Shown piece after piece: positions 49,976 to 64,000 of a stretch of DNA of 64,000 nucleotides. How positions within the stretch are numbered: position 1 is the stretch's first letter; every line of letters begins with the position of its first letter. The notes below the pieces were generated by a model. The model was not told the DNA's origin. It was given only the letters and a program-made list of their open reading frames with translations, and made no database searches. This DNA comes from the human T2T-CHM13v2.0 reference genome, Homo sapiens. Where the stretch lies: assembly GCF_009914755.1 (NCBI RefSeq), contig NC_060925.1. One strand, written 5' to 3'. Both the position numbers and the translations under genes were made by a program.

Positions 49976-51618
49976 TTAAATTATGTATTTTGTATATTTA
50001 TATATTATATATATAATTTTATATATTATATAAAATTGACAAATAATCCCTATCAAATATTTGTAAAAGTTTCTGGTTTGTATTAATTTAAAAATTCACT
50101 TAGAATAATTTTAATATATTTTATTACATATTTTGCTGAAATCTTGAGGCTAGTTTAGAAAAAAACTAATTTTAATTAATTGCATTTACATTTACACCTC
50201 TGCATTTCCTCGCAACAAATATTTGGTGCTTGCTTGCTATGTTGTTTACAAGCCATATCTTTTCTTGCCTCTTGATTTCTGGACAATACACCTCAGTAAA
50301 ACAGTAAAATGTATAAAAATCCTATTATATCCTATTAGTGTCTTGTTTCCTTTATAAGAAAATTATGCAAAACAATAATTCAAACAATAATTCAAATTTT
50401 TAGCTTGGTTTATTCCTCCTGGTTTCAAAATTCATCAAATACTTGTTTTCCATTCTTTTCACAATAAAAAAGCAAGATTTAAAATACTCGTAATTATAAT
50501 TATTGATAGATTTTTTATTCTGGTATTTTGAAAACATTTTCATTTTCTAATATCCTTTAATTATAAATTTAGATCAATGAAAGAAGAGAAATTCTTACTA
50601 AAATCATCGTTTGCCTTAGAAAAGGCTACATGAAACTGTCTGCTATTCTCAACTCTTATCTCCCTAGCATCCTCATGGGTAGGGATACCATAAGAAAGGC
50701 TCCTAGCTGAAAATCAATGGCTGATTCACTCTCTTCCGAGTTCTAGAAAATATATTTCTGAGAGGCTACTGAGACGTCAAACTTAATAGATCCCAAATTG
50801 CACTCATTATCTTTCAACTCTGAGCATCTGTTTCCTCAAGTTTTGCTTATTCTATAACCCTTCTCTTTTAAAACTACTGTATACTATCTATTAGAAAGCC
50901 CTTGATTATCTTTGACTCCCATCATAATTGTTTTTTTCTTCAACATCAAATCAATACTAAAAGCTGTCAATTCAATCTCAAAGTTATTCCTTAAAACTGA
51001 CTTTTCCTATCACTCTGTACCAGTGTCGTCTTACTGAAACTTACCTATGTCTCAGATTATTATAATGCTTTAGTCATGAGACTTTCCTTCAACCTTCTAT
51101 CTTTCATGCAACTATTAGAATAATCTTCTTATAAAGTAGATCTTCATTTAATTATTTAGTCACTTGGCTACTCTTTTATTTTTATTCAACAAATATTTGT
51201 ATAACAACTTCTGTGAGCTTAACTTTAATATTGCTTTCCTTTTAAGGATGCCTATTAGCAAATGTGAGTCATATTCATAGTTGACCTACTGCAAATATGT
51301 AAATTCACTCACAAATGCAATTGTGGGCTAACTTCATTTATATACCGTTCCTTATTTTCTTTTTCTATTTGCTCTCATTATTGTCTTGTATTATGCATAA
51401 TTTATATAATCATGATTAAGTTATGCCATAAGATGAACCCTATATAAGTCATCCATGCACATATCCAAACCTCATCCTACTGGCTTCAAAAATCTTCATG
51501 GGATCTTCATCAACTTTAAGATAAGGTATAAGCACCTTGGTATGGATACATTATCTGGCCCCTACAATTCTTCAGCCTCAAATCTCAAGTTCTTGAGTGA
51601 AATCAAGAACACTGATAT

Positions 51619-51865
51619 CACCTGTAATCCCAGCACTTTGGGAGGCTGAGGCAGGCAGATCACTGGAGGTCAGGAGATTGAGACCAGCCTGGCCAAGATG
51701 GCAAAACCATGTCTCTACTAAAAATACAAAAATTAGCCAGGTGTGGTGGCTGGTGTTGTAATCCTAGCTGCTAGGGACGCTGAGGCAGGAGAATCACTTG
51801 AACCCGGGAGGTGGAGGTTGCAGTGAGCCAAGATCACCATCACATCACTGCACTCAAGCCTGGGT

Positions 51866-51907
<42 letters not shown>
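51619..51907 (+). mobile_element. 5'-truncated AluS whose 3' end and tail are replaced by (CA)n
   Basis: CACCTGTAATCCCAGCAC...GCCTGGGTGA followed by ~19 CA units. Confidence 0.88.
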
Positions 51908-51909
<2 letters not shown>

Positions 51910-52144
51910 GATATCCAAGGATTTATAAAATAAATCATAGCTTTTCAACTTGGCACATCTTTATATTTATGTTGATATTTTCAAACACACTCCACTCTGA
52001 CAACCACAATAATTTTATAACATGCAAGCAAGAATTCTTTATATAAAAGTTATAGGGTAAGTTTGAAAATATGTTCTATGCCACATTTTTTTTCTGAATA
52101 TCTCGACTCTGCAATTACTTCACATCAAGAACACCTCACTAACA

Positions 52145-54045
52145 TATCCCCCTGTAAAACCAAAAACAAGAAGTCAGCTACAAACGAAGACCCTACACAA
52201 AGCCCTGGCCCTGTGAAAACACCCAGAAAAGAAGTCAAATGACTGCACTAAACACACATTGCAGTTAAAGGAACACCTACATGCAGAGATGAGAAAGAAC
52301 CACCACACGAACTCTAGCAACTCAAATAGCTAGAGTGTCTTATGTCCTCCAAATGATTGTATTGTGTCTTCAACAAGGGTTCTTAACCAGGCTGAGTTGG
52401 CCAGAATGACAAAAATATTATTCAGAATATGGATAAAAATGAAGATAATGAAATTCATGGGAATGGCAAAACTCATTTCATGGAAATTAAGAATCACAAT
52501 AAAAAAATACAGGAGCTGACAAATGAAATAGCCAGTATAAAAAAAGAACCTAACTGACCTAATAGAGCTGAAAAACACACTACAAGACTTTCACAGTGCA
52601 ATTGCAGGTATTAACAACAGAATAGAGGAAGTTGAGAAAAGAAACTCAGAACTTGAAGACTGGCTATCTGAAATAAGACAATCAGACAAAAATAAAGGAA
52701 AAAGAAAAAAACGAATGAAGAAAAACTCTGAGAAACATGTGTTCATGTAAAGAGGCCAAACTTACAAACCATTTGCATCTCTAAAAGGGACAGGGAGAAA
52801 GCAAACAACTTGGAAAACATATTTCAGGATATCATCTGTGAAAACTTCTCCAACTTTGCTAGAAAGGCCAGCAGTCAAAATCAGGAAATATGGGAAACCC
52901 CTAGAAGATTCTACACAAGAGGATCATCTCCAAGACATAATCATCAGCTAGAGAGAAAGGGCAGGTCATTTACAATGAGAACCCCATCAGGTTAACAGCA
53001 GACTTCTCAGCAGAAACCCTGCAAACCAGAAGAGATTGAGGTCCTATACTCAACATTCTTAAAGAAAATGAAAAAAAAAAATTCTTCAACCAAGAGTTTC
53101 ATATCCATAAGTGCCAAAGGAAAGGTTAAAAAAATAGAAATAATTTTATATCCAGCCAAACTAAGCTTCCTAAGCAAAGGAGAAATAAGATGCTTTTCAT
53201 ATAAGCAACGTTGAGGGAGTTCATTATCACCAGACCCAACTGACAAGAGATCTTGTAAGAATATGGAAAGAAAAGACCGTTATCAGACAATACAAAAACA
53301 CACTTAACTACACAGACCAGTGACACTATAAAACAACTACACAAATAAGCTGCCATAATAGCAAGATACCAACACAGTGACAAGATCAGATACACACATA
53401 TTGATACTAGCCTTGAAGGTAAATGGGCTAACTGCCCCATTTAAAAGGCTCAGAGTGGCAAGCTGAAGAAAAAAGCAAGACCCAAAGGTATGCTCTCTTT
53501 AAGAGACCTATCTCACATGCAATGACACCCATAGGCACAGAATAAAAGGATAGAGAAAAATCTACCAAGCAAATGGAAATCAGAAAAAAGAAACAGTTGC
53601 AACCCTAATTTCAAACAAAACATACTTTAAACCAACAAAGATCAAAAAAGGCAAAGAAGGGCATTGCAAAATGGTTAAATTCAATAAGACTTCATTATTC
53701 TAACTATATAATGCTCTCAACACATGAGCACCCAGATTCATAAAGCAAGTTCTGAGAGACCTATAAAGAGACTTAGTCTCCCACACAATAAGAGTGGGAA
53801 ACTTCAACACTCTACTGATAGTATTAGACAGATCATTGAAACAGAAAATTAATAAAGATATTCAGGACCTGAACTCAACATGAACCAAAGGGATCTGATA
53901 GATCTCTACAGAACTCTCCACCCAAAACCAACAGAATATACATTCTTCTAATCCTCACATGGCACATATTCTAAAATTGACCACACAATCGGACATAAAA
54001 CAATCACCAGCAAACGCAAAAGAACTGAAGTCATACCAAACACAA
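52145..54045 (+). mobile_element. Older L1PA (about L1PA13-16) segment: 5'UTR end, ORF1, start of ORF2; no 3' end
   Basis: ORF1 start ATGAGAAAGAACCAC at ~52289; ORF 52810..52995 (ENIFQDIICENFSNFAR) is ORF1p-like. The endonuclease region runs to ~54045. Confidence 0.88.
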
Positions 54046-54054
54046 TTGCTTAAG

Positions 54055-54512
54055 TGAAAGTATTTCTCAACCATGCAGATTATAAGAATCACCTAGGGCA
54101 TTTGTTAACATCATGTTGGGAGGCAGAGACAAGAGAATTACTTGAGCCCAGAAGTTTGACACCAGCCTGGGCAATATAGTGAGACTCCATTTTTATAAAT
54201 AATAATAACAATAATAATAAATTATCTGCATGTGGTAGCATGAGCCTGTATGGGAGCATAAGGTGGGAAGATCACTTGAGCTCGGGATGTAGAGGCTGCA
54301 GTGAGCCGTGATCACACCCCTGCACTCCAGCCTGGGTAACAAAGACCTTGTTTCAGAAACAAAACAAAACAAAACACAAACAAAAGTCATGGATTCTCAG
54401 GACTATTTAAAGAAAGATACTGATTCATATATCTGAGGTGAGTTCATGAAATCTGTATTTTGCGAAGTGACATAGATTATTTTTATAATCAAGAAAACTT
54501 GAGAAACACTTG
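54055..54512. mobile_element. MER5-type hAT-Charlie element split by an AluJ
   Basis: AGTATTTCTCAACC...AGAATCACCTAGGGCATTTGTTAA...AATCTGTATTTT...TTGAGAAACACT. Confidence 0.65.
54117..54385 (+). mobile_element. AluJ (5'-truncated, internally deleted)
   Basis: TTGAGCCCAGAAGTTTGACACC and GGCTGCAGTGAGCCGTGATC; (AAAAC)n tail. Confidence 0.85.
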
Positions 54513-55040
54513 TTAAAGTTTCTGAGAATTCTGCAGTAAAGAAACCTTTTTACTTTTATTTAACTCAACCTTTGTCAAACATATTTAGTTATGTACATCC
54601 TTTTTATCTGACATCTAATTCTTCTTAAAAAACACTTTAATAAATGCTGGTTTATATTATTTCCCTGACATGATTTTTTCCCAATCTAGAAAAATTCCTG
54701 GACATCCTTCACCACCCAGCTTAAAGCAGCTTTCTCCATTATATCTCCAACAAAGTCCTAGTGTCATCATTATAGCATTTATCTAATCAAATTATATTAT
54801 TATTTTAGCAAGTTGATTTATTTCCCCTAGTTTCTGACTTGAAGGAAAGGAACATGCCTGAGTCATCAATTTTTCATATAGACACATACTTTACATAATG
54901 AATGCATAAGAATGAATAAATTTATGAATGACTCCATAAATGAATGGTAAGATATCATTAGGCCTTCTAGAATAATTGTGGACTAATTATTGCAATATAA
55001 TCAGAATCGCTGGAATAGTCAAATTCCAATTTTGTTCTTT

Positions 55041-55335
55041 TTTTTGTGTGTGAGATGGAGATTCACTCTTGCCACCCAGGCTGGAGTGCAAAGGCATGAT
55101 CTTGACTCACTGCAACCTCTGCCTCCTGGATTCAAGCAATTCTCCCACGTCAGCCTCTTGAGTAACTAGGATTACAGGCGGGCACCACCACACCCTGCTA
55201 ATTTTTGTGTTTTTAGCAGAGACGAGGTTTCACCGTGTTGGCCAGGCTGGTCTTGAACTCCTGAACTAAGGTGATCCACCCTCCATAGCCTCCCAAATTG
55301 CTGTCATTACAGGTGTGAGCCACCACGATAGGCCC
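55041..55335 (-). mobile_element. AluS with 15-bp TSD CCAATTTTGTTCTTT
   Basis: Full dimer; TSD at 55026-55040 and 55336-55350. Confidence 0.92.
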
Positions 55336-55800
55336 CCAATTTTGTTCTTTATACCAACATCATGTATGACTACAGCATATGTTAATTAAAAATAATCTTC
55401 ACATGTAATCTTAGAAAAAATATTCTCATGTTTATGAACCATCACCACTAACCATATCGAATATTTTTTCTATTTTTTTCACTTTGATCAACTTTTTCTA
55501 TAATGCTTTATCACTGGGAAGCAGCAACAGAATCAATACTTTCTTCCATTCTTTTTTTGGAAATTGACCACATTCCTTTTGAATTTATACCTTAAGTATA
55601 CTTATAGCTTTCATAACAGAGAAGGAAACACCTATGAAGTATTTGCTTAGACAGATGTTGTATATAAAGTACAGAAAACTGAGTTCAATATATAATCACT
55701 CTAATAGTTTCTTAAGGATCTTATATGAACTTGAATATGGGCCCAGCACTTTTAACAATTTTAATCTTCAGTTTGTTTTCATATTCTTATATACACATTT

Positions 55801-55878
55801 ACTGAATACCTCTTAGCACAACTGAAGAAAAAAAAGACCACTGAATACCTCTTAGCACAACTGAAGAAAAAAAAGACC
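55801..55878. repeat. Perfect 39-bp tandem duplication
   Basis: ACTGAATACCTCTTAGCACAACTGAAGAAAAAAAAGACC at 55801-55839 and 55840-55878. Confidence 0.97.
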
Positions 55879-56715
55879 TAAAAATGAACATTAATTAAAA
55901 TGCTGTGAAAATTCTTAGCAAAAGAAGAAAACTACAATGTGTAATGAAATCAAGTATTTATTCTTGTGGGGTCTGTTTTTCCATTATAATTTCCGCAAAG
56001 TTAACCCCCAAAATATGCAATTATAATTTTATCTTTTCTAGTCTGCAGACATGTACTTTAATAACCTATTGTTAAATTTTCAATTTAAAAGATATTTCTA
56101 GAAAAAAATGCAGTCTGATCAGTGAATGTAGTCAACTGTACTGATGTTCATGAAAATAATTCTGTTGAAGTTTGAAGACTTTTTAAAATTAATTCCAGAA
56201 TTTTCTTTTGAGAAATTAATACTTAACTCTGCCACATGGATTCTTAAAAATGCCACATTATCCTTTAACCCAATGTGTGAATATGTTATCAATAGTACAT
56301 GCATTAATAACTTCGTGAAACATAATGCTATTTCTCAAAATTACTATATTATCTGATTTTGAGTGAAAAGGCAGTCTTATCTGTTTTTATCTTGAAGAAT
56401 TCAGATTACAACAGAGCTTTCCATGTAGAAAACAACAAACCATTTGATTTAGCTATCTGTATGCCTCATTTAACTTTTCACTAAGTCACCTATATGAAAC
56501 ATATGGTATTCAACAGAAGAGTTATTCTGATTATGATAAAGAAAATAAATAACGAGTTGAAAGGTTTAAATGGTTAAAAAAGGCAAGAGTTAAGACGTTA
56601 AATCTAGAGGATAAACAGCAAAGATCTCTGGATTATTTTCAAATAGCCCAAGGGATTCTTCCGACTAGAAATTCAGAGTATTGGTTCAAACAAAGTGAGA
56701 CTTATTTGTATAGCC

Positions 56716-57011
<296 letters not shown>

Positions 57012-59194
57012 TTGTATATCTTTAATACTATTGCATTTGTGATATGCCGCTTATGAGCAATGGAAGTCAACACCTACACAAAGAAGCCACAGACAAAGAA
57101 AGAAAAAAGTCGCATTCCATTATACAAATACATGTCTTATTCGTATGGTTCCTATAGCAGTGTGAGTACACACTGAAGGAAGCTTGCAGAGATCTGTGCC
57201 CCCACATCCTCTCCTGTTATTTTTTAACTGGTGCAGGGAGCCACCAGCCAGTGGCTGCAAGGTTATGGGAAGTCACTGGTGGTATTTACATCAGCGTACT
57301 TTAAGTGGCTAAATCTCTGATTCCAGCTCCTATTCCTCTATTACCCAAGACAGGTGTGGTCAGTTTCCTTTGGTTTTGATTCATTGGTTCTTATTTATGA
57401 AAAACTCCCTGGTGTTTTCTCCAAAGAAAGGATAGAAATTCAATGACATTTTAGCTATTTAATTTGTTAAGTGGCATGCGATGTCACAGCAAATTATATT
57501 ATTGGATTCCTGAACTCCCTAGTTCCTTTTCTTCAGATTATTTTACTTTAACCCTACTGTGGAATAAAATTATTATGTATTTTACACTAGTACCTGGATA
57601 CACTCATACGAACACATATTACATGCTCTGTTAAGCATACTATAAATTGTCTCCTGAGAAACCATAAGAAACATTTTCTTGATATTTACTATTCAAGAAT
57701 AATTCACATAAATTAAATGTAACTTTGAGTTTCAACTTATTTTTGAGTGAGCTTTTAAAAAACACCCTGAGATTTACTAATTTCTGCAAACATTTTATTA
57801 ATGGTGGTTAGAAACTTAAGGTATTGTCCTTTTTTACTAACTGTTTTTCTATTTCCATGTCTTTATACTCTGCCTCTGTGCTTTTTCTATGGCCTTTGTT
57901 AATACTCTAAGTGCGTCATCTAATTTGAAACAGACTTGCTGCTGTTTTCAACTATATTCAGTTTGTGGGTTAAATATATGAGATAGAAATAACTGTTCAA
58001 AACGTGAATTTCTAAGGCTAGACATTCCAATTAGGCCTTTGCACTCAGGAATTTGAGTGAATCTGGGCAGAATTATAAGCCTGGGTTATTTTAAAGTAAT
58101 AATAAATGGGTGGGAATCCCGAATTTAGAAATTCATCTATTTAATTTATGCGAAAGGTTGTGTTTGAAGAAGAGTGGACTTGGAGGCTTTGTGATTAAAT
58201 GAACCCATGCACAAATAGTTTCAGTATATGACGTGAAGGCCAGACACACTAAAAGTTAGTGATGCAGAAGGAAATGTGGCTCATCTTCCTCTTTCCTTAA
58301 CCAGCTGCTAGTCTCTGGTGTTAGACACTTTATTTTAATTGGGAAGGAAATTGGAAATTAAAGTGAATGAACACACATGTTTGTTGAAATAAGACTCTGA
58401 AACAGAACGTATATGCTGTGGTTAATAATAGCAAAACACTAATAGGTTTATAATTCCTGACCAGACAAACTCATATTTCTTATCTGAAAAGCCTAGTTGG
58501 AATGACTCATACCAGTGACCCTGAAGGCACAGTGATGGACGTAGACAGAAGAATGTCTTCCACATGCTTTCACTATGGTGGAGATTTCAGGTGACAGATT
58601 AATACAGTTGGCCACCTTCATAATTTGGGTGTAGCACCATAAGAGATAGGCTCTTCACAAGTCTAAGTCTATCACTTAAGGTGAAACAATGGTCAAATAA
58701 CAAAATTGAATTGGTGTGGTAACAAGAAGTCAAGGAAGTACATTCAGTAGCATATGTATACATTCTAAACAGTAGCAAAGACAAGAATATACAGTGGAAT
58801 AACCAGATAAGCTACAGTGTAAAAAATGATCTAAAGCCATTTCTTCCACTGCTGCAAAGAACAAACTAGTTTTTAGGAAACATGAAATAAATGGCAATGC
58901 TATAGTTACATGTTCTCTAACATCAGGACAAACAAATATCTAAATGATGCTTCTCAAATCTAATTTATGTAATAATACCCAGAATAATAATATGCTGCAG
59001 TATGAAGCAAATCTGGGCCACTCAGGCTTATGTTATTCTACTTCAGAGAAACAAGAGAGTTTAAGGTCAAATGTTTGGCCTAATAAATCAGTCTATATTT
59101 CAAACTATATGCTGTGTGTGTTTTCAACCAAAGAAGTTAGCCTTACTAAATTTAGATTCCTGGGGTAAGAAAAGGTAGACTGGCTAACCCTGTC

Positions 59195-59312
59195 TCAGCT
59201 CTTCTCTTTTCCTCAGATGCAGAGACATTAAGTAATATGCCCAAGCTTACACAGAGATGTGAGGATCTAGCAGGAGAATTCAGGATACTTACTCCAAAAT
59301 CTATATTCTTTC
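59195..59312 (-). mobile_element. MIR fragment
   Basis: CAGAGACATTAAGTAATATGCCCAAGCTTACACAG...AGCAGGAGAATTC. Confidence 0.55.
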
Positions 59313-62300
59313 TCCCATCACACTTTTTCTTAAAGTTGTGATTCAATTCCAGTTCAGCACTGACTAAACTAATGTAAGTCACATCCTCTTTGGGGCTCCC
59401 CCATTAGTCCCTCAACCATCACTAGACCATGGATGGGCCAAATTATTAAATTTACTTATGATTGGCCTCAAAAGCCCTATGTTGGCATGTTGGCAGTCTG
59501 AAGTCTGGTTTTAAATTCTATGAATTTACTTATTCCCACAATTATAGCCTATTAAATCTACTATGAGCCATAAAATCAAAGTGAACAAGCCATCATATCT
59601 ACTCTCAAAGAGTTCACAGACAAAGACTTTAAAATAAACTATTAAAATTAGTTACCTTAATATAAAAACGATTTACAGAAATGGTAAGATAATATCCGAA
59701 ATAAAACTAATGCTTAATGTAAAGCAGAAAAAGAGTAGTCAGTGAAGACCAATGCAAAGACGTCTTCAGAAGAGTGTGGAGACGAAGACTGGGTTAGCTG
59801 CCACTCCCCGTGTTTCCCTTTCTCTATCTATAAAATAGAAGTCTGTGAAAACTTAGTGGATATGTCACATCCATGTGTTAATATAGACCCAATGCCTTAC
59901 AAAGAGATCAATACTATATTTTTAGTTATTCCTGTTCTATAAAATAATGTCCACATGATAACAGATTATTATACAATATTATTATTACACAATAATTGGG
60001 AAATTGTATTTAGAAAAATGCTTAGACCCTTGCCATAAATTTTATGTTAGCAAACAAAACAACCACCCTGTCAATATATTATTTTAAAAATTACGTGTGT
60101 GTATAAATATAAAATCAAGACTATTCCTAAATGGCTATCTGTATTTTTTTTCTTAAATAGACCACTATTAAGAGATTCTGAATTTTCAAGGAATTTTGTT
60201 CTATAGCTCTGAATTCCCCTTCCTAGTGTTGTAGAAACTCGAATACTGTACATGTTACTGGGATATATATCTGGTCATAGTACCTGGTATTCTCCTCATT
60301 TATCTTTCCACTGTTTCTAGATAGCCAATGGCTCTGTGCAATGAAAGAGGGATATTGGAGATTAGGACTCTATTCCCATTTCTGTTAATAACTTGGCTAA
60401 AATCCTGGACAATCCTTGATTCAGGTCTAATATTTATACAATAAGCAATAGCTGAAAGTGAGGTGCCATGTTGGACAATAAGAGTTTAAAAACTGATAAG
60501 CTGTGTTATTGTCACTTAATAAGTTGGCAGTATAGCAGGGGAGAAAATATTAGCGTAACAATAATATGATCTCTATATTAAATGTGATAAAAGCTATATA
60601 CATAAAATGTTATGATAACTTTTTGGGGAAATATGACTTTAAATGGCAGATACCTTAAAAAGTAGAAAATAGGAATACTTCTCTTCATTGCCAAAATACA
60701 TTACTGAATTCTTTTAGTGATGATAGAGTTGTAGGTAGTGCTATAGAAAGTAGAATACGATTGTTATTTTTAATTGCAATAACTCTATAGAACTGTAGAG
60801 ATTGCTATAAAATTTACTTTTGTTCTTTAAGCTTTTAGGAAGTACTGAGCAATGAATGTTAGATATCATGAAATAGTGTTGATTTCATAGGCATTTAAAT
60901 ATGTACTCTCCTGTATACCTTAGTATTTCACATTTACCAACCTATAATTTTTGGCCAAAGTATACATATTTTCAAATTACAGCTTATAAAATAACACTTC
61001 ACCTATTTATGACAAAATTATGATACTCCAACTAACTATATCCTAGACCAAATTTCTATGCCATTTTTTGCCACTTGAAAATAAGGCAGCTACCTTTTCA
61101 GCCATGAATGCATACTTTCTTTTAAAGCTATAAAGCTTCTGTATTAATAGAATCCCAAACATTCCATAGTGCTGGCTCAACATGCTGAAATGTGAGTTCA
61201 GAAAGCCCAATTTGATCTAAACTGTTTACTCTGATTTTCAGCAGGGGATACTGAACAAGGGGCCACAGTTCAGTTCTTGAAACTGTGGTCCAGTTAAGGA
61301 ACCACAGTGAGGTTAACTGGCAACTTTCAGAATGCCAGAGAGACAGGGCAAAGGGTTGTTCCTGACATTTTTCACATGACTTTCTAAACAAAATGCTTCT
61401 ATTAGAGTTTTTGAAAGGGGATTTTAGCAATTACAGAGTAAGATGCATGGGTGAGGAGTTTGCTATTAACATGGTGGAGAAATGCATTTGGGGAGAGGAT
61501 CATGAATGAGAAGGAAAAAGAAGAAAGTGGGACAGAGATAAGAAGGGGATAGACTAGTGAAAAATGACGAATAACATTTTTTAATCAAAGTTTCTTGCTT
61601 GAGAGTTTGTACAAAAATCCAGAAGCACCCTGTTAATAAAATAGGCTTTTTAAGATAGAAAAGAAAAAATACGTCATTAACCAAAATATTGAATTTTACC
61701 TAAGAAAGTAACAATCTTTTATTTCAATATGAAAAGCTGCCACATTTAAAAAATAGGACAAGAGAACATTTGGTTAGCACAACACTAGTCTCTGGAAAAA
61801 CTGCTCTCTTAATTATCCTTCAATAATATTTCCTTTTCATAGATTAGCAAATACTTTGAGTTGAAAATTTCGTAAGAATTTAATTGTGTTTTCTGGGTTC
61901 CTCCCTTATGGAAACTGTGTATCTGTCTCACTCACCACAAGGGAAGTTTCATTAGAAAAGATCCTGTACTTAATACACTTTAGATACCCTGACATTTAGC
62001 ACAATATCCAGTACATATCATGGTTATATGTCATTAAGTTGGACGCATGAAATTGTAATGTCCATACTGGAACAGATGTTTTTTTCTATGCAATAGCCAC
62101 CAATAATGAACATGAAAATCAACACCTTGTCTGAAATGCAGAGGAGTCACAGCTTAAACATAGCCCTCTGAGGCGTTTTCTGAACAATGTCTTTCTTTGC
62201 ATTTATATTACCAGTCATGATATTCAGCTTGAAAAAAATCACAATGGAAACGTTCCTTGCTAATTCAACCGTGGAAAGAAAACTTGGCAATTGAGTTTTG

Positions 62301-62838
62301 GAAAGCAGAGGCTCTTTTATCTACCTGATCAATATAGTATCATCAGTTGACAGATTTATTCCCACATGGTTATTAACTTACTCAAGCAAATGAAAATTTC
62401 ATGAATATCTAGCAGTCATGGCAAGATGTTAACAGAGTTTGACAAAGAGATTTAAAATGTATTATGTACAAGTTTCTTATTTCTTATTACAAACTTTTTT
62501 TGCTTTACTGACATGAACTGCAGAAATTGTCATGGTTTTTTACTCTTGTCTGTTTAAATCAGTAACCACTACAAAATAGCTTATTGCTTCCAGGTTTGCC
62601 AACTTTAATAAGGTGAAAATATTTACTTGGCATAAACAGGGTGGAGCAGAATGAGCATCTTTATACTGTATTTGTCTAGAAATAGAATTGCTCAAACAGG
62701 CCAAAAATGAATTTAGAATCATATCATAAACTGTTCTATACTAAATTATTAATAGTTAAAGTTTATCTTTTTATGTCTCTGGTATAGGAAGGAAGTGGAT
62801 ATTTGTCATTTTAAAGTAAATATAAGACACATGTTTAG

Positions 62839-63424
<586 letters not shown>

Positions 63425-64000
63425 CCCTTGGTTTCTTATGTTTGTGCACAGTCTTCGAGACAGGCAAGGTTGAAGGGTTGAGGATAGAGCAAAGGAATCA
63501 GGGTTTGAATACATTTAAATAAACATGCAGTGAAAGCATCCAATGTGGATAAGCACAGGGGACATAGCTTTGAATAAAAATCAACCCCATTGTCTACCGT
63601 TTAAAATGAAAACAAATATTTTCTGTCAAATGTTCTAGCTTCAGATTTTCATATTATCTCTTATAGACCAACGTAATTAAGATCAAGGAGATAATGAGTC
63701 TTCAACATGGATATAGCATCTCTGCAATTGATAGCTTCTAGTTACTAGCAATCCTTATCCAATAGAAGAGCTTTACAAACTAAAACTAAGGTTGTGGCAT
63801 TGGGTTCTTGAATCTAATAGAGATTCTACAAACAAATAATAGCAACATCTTTTATAAGAAACTGAGATTTGAGTTAAATTTCTAGAAGTACATATTTCTA
63901 TTTATTGAATGGAAAACAAACTAAACTAATAAAGTGTGTCCATTATTGTTTTTAGAAGAGCAAGTAATCATGTACTCCTAAAGGTAGCTCTGCTATAATT

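Noticed and set aside
59742-59792. Cluster of type IIS sites (GAAGAC x2, GTCTTC, GAGACG) suggesting synthetic DNA or an exon
   Set aside because: No vector sequence is nearby and there is no polypyrimidine acceptor; most likely chance in a GA-rich patch.

Overview
This is AT-rich, CpG-poor human (hominin) euchromatin of intergenic or deep-intronic type. Two AluYa5 copies, a human-specific subfamily, point to Homo sapiens. I found no supportable host protein-coding gene, RNA gene, CpG island or prokaryote-type system. Every recognisable ORF in the track is an L1 ORF1/ORF2 remnant, an Alu-derived frame or a low-complexity frame. Roughly half of the window is interspersed repeats: L1PA/L1PB/L1M, Alu (FLAM, J, S, Ya5), THE1/MST, ERV1 and ERVL solo LTRs, L2, MIR, MER20/MER81/MADE1/MER5. 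It also holds AT-rich mini- and microsatellites. I did not find a new biological system. The items worth a second look are structural. There are two twin-priming inverted L1 insertions, one with a 25-nt duplication and one a ~160-nt mini-element with ~680 nt missing. There is a post-insertion fold-back duplication at the 5' end of a THE1-type LTR, an inverted pair of AluYa5 elements 8.6 kb apart, and PATRR-like palindromes. There is also a 34-bp minisatellite with an ordered mutation gradient, a perfect 39-bp tandem duplication and a 32-nt orphan insertion with an apparent TSD. Subfamily names come from recalled consensus diagnostics, not a database search. Boundaries of old repeats are approximate.
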